Below, piece after piece: positions 56,384 through 64,000 of a DNA stretch of 64,000 nt. The stretch is taken from assembly GCA_002392915.1 (NCBI GenBank), contig DGHQ01000006.1, positions 10,631 to 74,630 of the forward strand, in the 5' to 3' direction. A program made the translations under genes and the position numbers. The DNA is from Bacteroidales bacterium UBA3844 (GTDB lineage Bacteria > Bacteroidota > Bacteroidia > Bacteroidales > Paludibacteraceae). How positions within the stretch are numbered: the stretch's first letter is position 1; every line of letters begins with the position of its first letter. The notes under the pieces are model-generated. The model ran no database searches, was not told where the DNA came from, and was given only the letters and a program-made list of their open reading frames with translations.

Positions 56384-57412
56384 TTGGTTGATATGAAAAA
56401 GATGATGATTTTGGCGTTTTTTACCTTATTAATTTCCATATTTGAAATACCATCCCAGATATATGTCTGGAAAAATGGCAAGGTAATATTTTCTGTTGAG
56501 AATGAATATCCGGACAGTGTCACTTTCTCGAATCCCAACTTATCGGTTGTGGAGCCTGCCGACACAATTCCACCTGACACTTTCCTATTTAGTGTAAACG
56601 ACACTCTGCAAGTTTGTTTTGCACCCGGCAATCTACAATACAACGACTACTATTATGAATGGAGATTCGCAGAAAACCAATATGATTTGATTGGGATAAG
56701 CAATTCTAACATCGCTCCATTTTACAATGGCTGGATAGATCTGTTCGGTTGGGCGACGTGTGGATGGAGTACTGGTTTTCTACCGACGTCTACAAGCACC
56801 GACTATAGAGATTATCTGGTTGGCGGATCTTGGGACAATAGTTTTGTCGGTGAGTTTGCCACTGCGGATTGGGGAGCGTTAAACAAAATCGGCAGTGATG
56901 CGGAACACACTTGGAGAACACCGACGAGTAAAGAGTGGAATTATTTATTGGCAGAAAGGAGAAATGCTGATCAATTATTCGCCTTAGCGACGGTGGCAAA
57001 TGTGAAAGGATTGATTTTGCTGCCAGACAATTGGAAGACACCAGAAGGAGTAAAATTTATTCCTTCCGTATCCACAGAGATCAACAATCATTTGGTATAT
57101 CAGAACGGATTGTATATGGATGAGGAGATGTTGGACGACCATTACGCAGACAACACTTATAATGAAGCGGAATGGACTGTAATGGAAAAGTCAGGAGCCA
57201 TATTCTTGCCAGCGGGAGGACGACGTTGGGGGAATACTATAAAGAACTATCCTACAAACCCGTGGGGAATCTACTGGTCGTCCACAACAGGAGCACAAGA
57301 GCGGGAAGGAAATGTCCGTGCGTTATCCTTCTACATGAGCGGAGTGACACCTTTAGCTGAAACGAGCCGTGTATGGGGATGTTCAGTTCGTCTAATTCAA
57401 GAAATAAAATAG
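56384..57412 (+). CDS. secreted protein with FISUMP/DUF1566-like C-terminal domain
   Basis: 342 aa with WRTPTSKEWNYLL ... GAIFLPAGGRRWG ... GIYWSST ... WGCSVRLIQE. This resembles the Fibrobacter-succinogenes-major-paralogous / Lcl-C-like domain pattern. Confidence 0.45.
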   Translation: MVDMKKMMILAFFTLLISIFEIPSQIYVWKNGKVIFSVENEYPDSVTFSNPNLSVVEPADTIPPDTFLFSVNDTLQVCFAPGNLQYNDYYYEWRFAENQYDLIGISNSNIAPFYNGWIDLFGWATCGWSTGFLPTSTSTDYRDYLVGGSWDNSFVGEFATADWGALNKIGSDAEHTWRTPTSKEWNYLLAERRNADQLFALATVANVKGLILLPDNWKTPEGVKFIPSVSTEINNHLVYQNGLYMDEEMLDDHYADNTYNEAEWTVMEKSGAIFLPAGGRRWGNTIKNYPTNPWGIYWSSTTGAQEREGNVRALSFYMSGVTPLAETSRVWGCSVRLIQEIK

Positions 57413-57500
57413 GAGACGACGCAGTATTTTCTCTGAAATAATCCAATACTTATTGGCATATAGATTTCTTTTTCTGTGTAAAACGGTCATATTGAAACAC

Positions 57501-57532
57501 GCCCCTAAAGTTATTTCTCTAACTTTAGGGGC
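57501..57532. terminator. bidirectional hairpin between convergent genes
   Basis: GCCCCTAAAGTTA-tttctc-TAACTTTAGGGGC forms a 13-bp perfect stem. Confidence 0.6.
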
Positions 57533-57576
57533 GCATTTTAGATCTTCGTCTTGCTTGGTTTCTCAACAACCATTGT

Positions 57577-59907
57577 TTATTTCACCTCAGCAAAATACCT
57601 TATCCTCAAATCCAAAATCTTTTGATCTCCTGTCATTTCAATTTCTTCATATTGTCTTATATCTTGCGACGAAGCACCAATCTTAATTGTGTACTTTCCA
57701 GGATCTATCACCCAGTGATTATCGCTGTAGTATCCAAACTGAGATGGATACATTGTAAACGACACCGTCTTTGTCTCGCCTGGATTAAGTGTGACACGCG
57801 CGAATCCCTGCAGCTGAATAGGTCGGATGTTCTTGTTTCCGTCTGCTGGCGACAAATACAATTCGACAACCTCGTCGCCTGCAAAATTGCCAGTATTCTT
57901 CACGTCTACACTGATAGAAATCTTCTCCGCATCTGTAGCCACTGATTTTTCTGCTTTGATATTCGAATACTCAAATGTAGTGTAGCTCAAGCCATAACCA
58001 AATGGATATGCGACGCGGGGATCTTTCTCCACTGAACGATTGTAGCAGATTGGTTCGTTGATCTCGACATTTGGATAGCTGACACTCAATTTTCCTGATG
58101 GATTCACCTTTCCATAAATAATATCAGCAACGGCATTTCCTCCCTCCTCTCCTGGATACCATGCCTGAATTACCGCAGCGCATTTCTCAGCCAAACCAGA
58201 AATAATTTGGGCACGTCCACCGAACATCACTAGAACAACCGGTTTTCCTGTAGCAATAAGTTTTTCAACAAACTGCTCCTGTTTTCCTGGCAGGCGCAAT
58301 GTTGTGCGGTCACGATTCTCTCCGCATAGCATCACATTCTCACCTACTGCCGCCACAATCACATCACTTTCTTTTGCAATTTCCAACGCTTGATCAAGAT
58401 TTGTTTCCTCTCCCGAATCAATCTTACGGTTCTGAATATCCTGCATATATGCGACGCGAGGATCACCACCCTTCTCCACTACTGTCTCTACAACCTCAGT
58501 CCAGTCGCATCCACGGCTATATTTTAAAGAATAGCCTTCTGGAATATTCGCTTCCATTCCAGATTTCAGATTTACAATTCTAGGATTCAAATCGTTTTCA
58601 ATCTCCTTTTTCCAGAAGTAACGCATAGAATGGTAGGAATAGTCGCCAACCATTGCCCACATAGAATTGGCATTTGGTCCGACCAACGCAATTTTAGACG
58701 GCTTACTCAATGGCAAAACGCCATTGTTCTTTAGCAAAACAACCGACTGTGTGGCAAGCTGGTATGCCGTCTCACGATTACTTTTTGAATCCCACTCAAT
58801 ATGTCCTGTCTCATACAGTTTTGCATTGTCATCAAGCAAACCAAGTCTTGCTTTATGCTTCAACACCCTTTTGACCGCAGTCTCAAGTGTCTGCTGACTG
58901 ACTAAGCCTTTATCAATTGCGTCCGACAAAAATTTATAACTCTTTCCTTCAGGAAAATCAACATCATTGCCAGCGTTGATTGCTTTTGCTGCACGCATTG
59001 TGGAATCAAGATTGTCGTCAATCTGCTCGATTGAGCTATAGTCGCTTACAAGAAGTCCATCAAACTTAAGGTAATCACGCAATATACCTTCTTGCAAATA
59101 TCTGTTTGCCACACATTTAACAGAATCAAACGTGTGATATCCTGTCATCACCACTTTACTGTCAGACACACGTATAATTGCTTCGTGAGGCAAAAGGATC
59201 TCTTCCATCAACTCTTTTTTATCTGCATTTCCGCCACCTCCGTAGCCAAGGAAATGTTTTGAACAAGCTGAGACTCCCTGCTTCAAATCCCCATGTTGCA
59301 GACCTTTGACGAATGCCACTCCCATTACAGCCGAAAGATATCCGTCTTCTCCATACGACTCTTCCAAACGGTTGAAAGAGGGATTTCTGACAACATCCAC
59401 CATAGGAGAAAGAGCCTGCATACCTCCAATCTTACGAAGATCTGTGGCAGTCTCGTATGTTTTCTTTTCTGCCAATTCCGGATTGAACGAGCAGGCAAGG
59501 CCAATCTGTTGCGGATATACAGTAGCGTCATAACCGTTTATTCCGCTCAACACCTCCTCGTGAAGCAATGCGGGAATGCCAGACGGAGTGTTGTGGATCA
59601 ACCAATCCTGCATCTGAGCCACCATGTCGCGCACCTCATCAGGAGTCTTGCGGAAATTCATCGTGAACTGAGAGAAATGACCTATTCCATCTGGAATCAA
59701 ACGACGACACAGTGCTGTGTCAAGTTTGTCGTTTTCATCAAAAAATTGCGTCATATATGTACCCTGAAGCTGAGCAATACGCTCATTTTGGGACATATTT
59801 TCATAAATGCGGTTGATTTTTTCATCCACAGTTTCAGTTTTTTTAGTTGAGCAACCACAAATTGACAAGGCTGACAAACCAACTATAACAATTCCTTTTA
59901 AGTCCAT
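57577..59907 (-). CDS. glycoside hydrolase family 3 (beta-glucosidase/xylosidase-like)
   Basis: 776 aa, lipoprotein-like N-terminus, GH3 N-domain with the GLLVSDYSSI nucleophile region, and C-terminal domains (..AAVIQAWYPGEEGGNAVADIIYGKVNPSGKL..FGYGLSYTTF). Confidence 0.85.
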   Translation of the reverse strand: MDLKGIVIVGLSALSICGCSTKKTETVDEKINRIYENMSQNERIAQLQGTYMTQFFDENDKLDTALCRRLIPDGIGHFSQFTMNFRKTPDEVRDMVAQMQDWLIHNTPSGIPALLHEEVLSGINGYDATVYPQQIGLACSFNPELAEKKTYETATDLRKIGGMQALSPMVDVVRNPSFNRLEESYGEDGYLSAVMGVAFVKGLQHGDLKQGVSACSKHFLGYGGGGNADKKELMEEILLPHEAIIRVSDSKVVMTGYHTFDSVKCVANRYLQEGILRDYLKFDGLLVSDYSSIEQIDDNLDSTMRAAKAINAGNDVDFPEGKSYKFLSDAIDKGLVSQQTLETAVKRVLKHKARLGLLDDNAKLYETGHIEWDSKSNRETAYQLATQSVVLLKNNGVLPLSKPSKIALVGPNANSMWAMVGDYSYHSMRYFWKKEIENDLNPRIVNLKSGMEANIPEGYSLKYSRGCDWTEVVETVVEKGGDPRVAYMQDIQNRKIDSGEETNLDQALEIAKESDVIVAAVGENVMLCGENRDRTTLRLPGKQEQFVEKLIATGKPVVLVMFGGRAQIISGLAEKCAAVIQAWYPGEEGGNAVADIIYGKVNPSGKLSVSYPNVEINEPICYNRSVEKDPRVAYPFGYGLSYTTFEYSNIKAEKSVATDAEKISISVDVKNTGNFAGDEVVELYLSPADGNKNIRPIQLQGFARVTLNPGETKTVSFTMYPSQFGYYSDNHWVIDPGKYTIKIGASSQDIRQYEEIEMTGDQKILDLRIRYFAEVK

Positions 59908-59934
59908 CTATATGTTTGTTTTATAATAAAAAAA

Positions 59935-59956
59935 GAGACGTTGCAAGCAACGTCTC
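59935..59956 (-). terminator. rho-independent terminator of hisS
   Basis: GAGACGTTGC-aa-GCAACGTCTC, followed on the minus strand by T7. Confidence 0.7.
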
Positions 59957-59974
59957 AATACAAATAAAATTCAA

Positions 59975-61342
59975 CTATTTCTTTAGAATAGAAACGACTT
60001 CGGCAATTCCGACCAATTGTTGCTCACCAGTGACCATATTTTTTAGCATCACTTTATTCTCTGCCATCTCTGTCTCACCTACAATTGCAACATATGGAAT
60101 CGCCTTGTTGTCGGCATAACTCATCTGCTTCTTCATCTTGACAGGCTCAGGATAAATTTCAGCGGAAATACCATTGTTGCGAACCTCCTTCAACAGATTC
60201 AAAGCAAAATTAAACTCGTTTTCTCCAAATGTGGCGAATAGAATCTGAGTAGACGCGAGTAACTCCTGAGGATACAAATCAAGCTGGTTCAAAACGTCGT
60301 AGATACGGTCAGCTCCAAATGAAATTCCGACTCCAGACATTCCACCCAAACCGAACACACCTGTCAAGTTGTCATATCGGCCACCTCCTGTGATTGATCC
60401 GATCACCACATCTTTTGCCTTGACTTCAAAAATCGCGCCGGTATAGTAGTTCAATCCACGGGCCAAAGTCAAGTCTATCTCAACCTCTGTGGCAACATTA
60501 AGCATCTTCACATAACGAAGAATAGTACGTAGTTCCTCGACTCCCTTCAATCCAACCTCGCTTGACTTCAACACTTCAGCAATGACATTTAATTTGTCCT
60601 CATTGCTTCCAGTCATATTGATAATTGGCTGAAGTTTCTCAATACCTGCCTCGCTGACTCCCTTCTCTCTAAGTTCAGCGTTTACATTATCAACACCTAT
60701 TTTATCAAGTTTGTCTATTGCGACGGTGATGTCAACCAACTTGTCCGACTCGCCAATCACCTCTGCGATACCAGAAAGTATCTTGCGGTTGTTGATTTTC
60801 AAAACCACATTTATTTTAAGACGACGGTAAACCTCGTCGACAATCTGGATCAGCTCGACCTCGTTGAGCAATGAGTCACTGCCAACGACATCCACGTCGC
60901 ACTGATAAAATTCACGGTATCTGCCCTTCTGAGGTTTGTCAGCACGCCAAACCGGCTGAATTTGGAATCTCTTGAATGGAAATGACAAGTTGCCACGATT
61001 CATAACGACATAACGTGCAAAAGGCACCGTCAAATCATAGCGAAGACCCTTGTCACTGATATGTTTTAGCACCTTCACACTATTGGCAGACTCAAGCTCA
61101 CTTTTGTCTACTCCAGCCAAAAAATCACCAGAATTCAGAATCTTGAAAAGAAGTTTGTCTCCCTCATCACCGTATTTTCCCATCAAAGTGGAAAGATTCT
61201 CCATTGCAGGAGTCTCAATCTGAGAAAAACCGTAAAGACGGAATACACTTTTAATTGTGTCGAAAATATAATTTCTTCTCGCCATCTCGATTGGCGAAAA
61301 ATCACGTGTACCTTTAGGAATAGATGGTTTGCAAACTGCCAT
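59975..61342 (-). CDS. hisS: histidine--tRNA ligase
   Basis: 455 aa with PKGTRDF (motif 1 region), ...[27 protein letters not shown], and GGGRYDNL. Confidence 0.92.
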   Translation of the reverse strand: MAVCKPSIPKGTRDFSPIEMARRNYIFDTIKSVFRLYGFSQIETPAMENLSTLMGKYGDEGDKLLFKILNSGDFLAGVDKSELESANSVKVLKHISDKGLRYDLTVPFARYVVMNRGNLSFPFKRFQIQPVWRADKPQKGRYREFYQCDVDVVGSDSLLNEVELIQIVDEVYRRLKINVVLKINNRKILSGIAEVIGESDKLVDITVAIDKLDKIGVDNVNAELREKGVSEAGIEKLQPIINMTGSNEDKLNVIAEVLKSSEVGLKGVEELRTILRYVKMLNVATEVEIDLTLARGLNYYTGAIFEVKAKDVVIGSITGGGRYDNLTGVFGLGGMSGVGISFGADRIYDVLNQLDLYPQELLASTQILFATFGENEFNFALNLLKEVRNNGISAEIYPEPVKMKKQMSYADNKAIPYVAIVGETEMAENKVMLKNMVTGEQQLVGIAEVVSILKK

Positions 61343-61446
61343 ATCTATTGAATATTTATGCTATTTTTTATTTTTCTGCAAAATTACAGAATTTTTGGGA
61401 GCTATTTAAAAAAATCATGAATAATTAGAATGCAGGCAAAAAAAAA

Positions 61447-61467
61447 CCTCGGGGTTTTTCCTCGAGG
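61447..61467 (-). terminator. rho-independent terminator of the MATE gene
   Basis: On the minus strand: CCTCGAGG-aaaaa-CCCCGAGG followed by T9. Confidence 0.7.
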
Positions 61468-61623
61468 CTAACGAATGTCAAATTTCTCAATCAAACATCG
61501 CAAAAACAAACACTATTATGAAAAAGTATCTTCACTTTTACTGATTGCAAAGTTATTATATATATGAATGTCCGCCAAATAAATTATACGTTTGCCGAAA
61601 ATGAATAGACAAATGGCGATTTT

Positions 61624-62982
61624 TTAACGAACATTTTGTTCTTTTTTCATACGTTTCATTAATCTGTACCATCTGCAATGGAATAGAATTGCCGCCAAAG
61701 TAAGTCCAAAACAGAATCCTACCCATACTCCTTCCGCACCCCAACCTCTGCAAAAACCAAAATAATATCCGACGGGAAGGTTTACACATAAATAAGAGAC
61801 AAACGCGCAATACATAGTGTATTTCACATCTGTAAGTCCATTCAATATTCCTATTCCTACACATTGCAAGCCATCTGACATTTGAAAAATACCAGCCATG
61901 ACTAGTATCGAGGCGGTTTGATTGATAACCAGTGGGTCTGTCGAGAAAAATGAGGCAATCTCATATCTGTTGATGATGATCAAAGCACCCATAATCGTAT
62001 TGTTTAATAATGTAAGGTGAATAGACGCATTTGCCGCCATACAAACAGCATTCAAATCTTTCCTTCCATATTGATGACTCACACGAATTGTAGTGGCAGC
62101 TCCTATTCCAAGAACAATCATAAACACCATGTGCCCTACAGAAGTGGCAATTTGATTTGAAGCCAATTCCACAGGTCCTAGCCAGCCAATCATGATTCCG
62201 CTGAATGCGAATGCAGTCACCTCCACAGTGCTGCGAAGAGAGATTGGTATTCCGACCTTGAACAAATCCGCAAGATGTGATGAAGAAAACAATCTTTTGC
62301 TCATTCCTGCCACATACATTCTCCACTCTTTCTTATAATGCATCACACCAAAAATCGCAAACGGCGCAAAAAATCTCGAAATAAATGTTGCTATCGCCGC
62401 ACCGTCGACCCCTAACATAGGAAATCCATACTCTCCATAAATCAACAGATAATTCAAAACAATATTTACAATGTTGGAAATCAATGTTATGATCATTGCG
62501 ACGGAGGTATTGCCTAATGCGGCTAGAAATTGACGTAGTCCTTCAAAGAATATAACCGGCACAAAACTTGCAGCCACAATCAGGAAATAGTTTTTCGCAA
62601 GTGTACAAACAGTAGGATCCTGTCCGAACTTATCAAGATTGAAGTAGGCTAACGTTAAAATAGCAAATATCGCCACAGATACTATCACACACTGCACAAG
62701 TCCATTCTGAAGATATTTAGTCACCTCCTCATGATCATGATTCACATATTTATATGCAGTCAACGGAGTGATACTTTGTAAAACAGACATCGAAGCCACC
62801 AATGCGATCACCAACACTGATGTAGCGAATGCCACAGCCGCAAGTTCAATCGTACCCAACGCTCCAACCATCTTCACGTCGGCAAACTGCACAATCGCTC
62901 CGCCTAACTGCGCGAACACAATCGGGAGAGCCACTTTCAAATTCCTTCTATAAAACGGTAAATATTCCTTAAATGATGCCAT
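61624..62982 (-). CDS. MATE-family efflux transporter
   Basis: 452 aa with 12 hydrophobic helices, N-terminus ...YRRNLKVALPIVFAQLGGAIVQFADVKMVG, and the typical internal duplication. Confidence 0.85.
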   Translation of the reverse strand: MASFKEYLPFYRRNLKVALPIVFAQLGGAIVQFADVKMVGALGTIELAAVAFATSVLVIALVASMSVLQSITPLTAYKYVNHDHEEVTKYLQNGLVQCVIVSVAIFAILTLAYFNLDKFGQDPTVCTLAKNYFLIVAASFVPVIFFEGLRQFLAALGNTSVAMIITLISNIVNIVLNYLLIYGEYGFPMLGVDGAAIATFISRFFAPFAIFGVMHYKKEWRMYVAGMSKRLFSSSHLADLFKVGIPISLRSTVEVTAFAFSGIMIGWLGPVELASNQIATSVGHMVFMIVLGIGAATTIRVSHQYGRKDLNAVCMAANASIHLTLLNNTIMGALIIINRYEIASFFSTDPLVINQTASILVMAGIFQMSDGLQCVGIGILNGLTDVKYTMYCAFVSYLCVNLPVGYYFGFCRGWGAEGVWVGFCFGLTLAAILFHCRWYRLMKRMKKEQNVR

Positions 62983-64000
62983 CTTTCACAAAATTGCACG
63001 CAAAGATAATGATTTTGCATTTCGCTTTTTATAAATCATCATTAAAAAAACAGAGGACACCCGATACACACCGAATGTCCCCTCAAACACACAAATGAAA
63101 ACTTAATTTCTAACTATTTCACCGAAATATGGGTTGTCTTATTTTAATTCCAGTAAGATCATATCATAATTAGCAAAACTTACTGAAAAAACAACATCAC
63201 ATCATCTGTCATACAGAGATGTCATAAATACAAAAGCGACACAAGACATACGGGATTATAAATCACGTGAATTACGGAACAAAATTTTCAACTTCACTTG
63301 ACAGTGGCTCTTCTGCTTAAATAGCAGAAGTAGCCGCCATCAAATTAATGTGTTGATTAATCGCATATTTAATGTGTCTTATATCAAGTATATTTATTGT
63401 ATTCTGTCTTATTCTTTGTTTCCGATGTCAAAAGTAGAAAAGTAATATTTTATTGTTGCTATAAGATCATTAAATTTATATCATCAAAATGCATTTTGAC
63501 TGAATAATACTGATTTTTACCGAATAATCCTATTGTTGAACAGATATTCAAACAAAAAGCAGAAAAAAGACAAGTTATAAAGCACACTCTATAAATGTCA
63601 ATATGACGATGATGAGGTATTACAACTTTATTTTGTCTACGACACACAAATAAGTAGATTGACAATCATAAAAAAATCAAAATCCCCTAATATTTGTTCT
63701 TGAAAACATATATATAAAATAGCAAAATAATATTATAAGTTTTGGTACAAAATTCTTGCGCCCCAAAAGATTTTTTCACATTTTTGTAATACAATTGCGA
63801 ATATTTATAATATAAGGCACCATTCATTTATATTGTATACTCTCAATGAAATTGCAACTGTCAATTAAAATGCGACATAATATGAATATTTGAACATTAT
63901 AGTTCAAAATTCACAATATAATATAGAAAAACATATTGGCGTTAAAAAATAATTAAACATGACAAAATCTTACAATCTATCAAAGTGGTTCGCCACGTTG

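Noticed and set aside
61556-61864. 102-aa minus-strand ORF overlapping the 3' end of the MATE gene
   Set aside because: It is an out-of-frame overlap with a 12-TM transporter ORF of full expected length. The Cys/Arg-rich translation is implausible.
63959-64000. Plus-strand ATG opening MTKSYNLSKWFATL at the window edge
   Set aside because: Only 14 codons are visible, which is too short to call a gene or a function.

Overview
Low-GC 64-kb chromosomal window that looks like Bacteroidota, probably Bacteroidales. This is an inference from abundant lipoprotein signal peptides, a T9SS type-B sorting domain, TonB-C, LysM and TPR architectures, and GAGACG-type terminator hairpins. I call about 50 protein genes, roughly four fifths on the minus strand, one tRNA-Pro(UGG), no rRNA, no CRISPR, and no integrase or transposase. 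Housekeeping backbone: aspS, an RluA-family pseudouridine synthase, cstA, mannose-1-P guanylyltransferase, BI-1/YccA, HtrA, guaB, gyrA, folK, NUDIX, GH3, hisS, MATE. Accessory content, in order: (1) a degraded PIN/VapC toxin-antitoxin module; (2) a MoxR-AAA, VWA (DUF2201-like) and TerB-like trio; (3) a HEPN-MNT toxin-antitoxin pair; (4) a tightly coupled four-gene operon at 17727-27121. It encodes a periplasmic MIDAS-intact VWA protein, a 1102-aa protein whose N-terminus carries the FtsZ/tubulin GTP-binding loops, and two large uncharacterised membrane proteins. This is my top candidate for a novel system. (5) Three tandem TonB-C paralogs sharing a Cys-rich cytoplasmic N-terminal module. (6) A four-gene cassette at 40324-44516: acidic 150-aa protein, lysine-rich 273-aa protein, classic AAA+ ATPase, and FGE/SUMF1-domain protein. 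It is bracketed by 77-bp direct repeats (75/77 identical) and sits in the gyrA upstream region. This is my second top candidate. (7) A 1733-aa T9SS surface protein with seven near-identical 243-bp in-frame repeats. All functional calls rest on motif recognition by eye in the supplied translations. No database search was possible.
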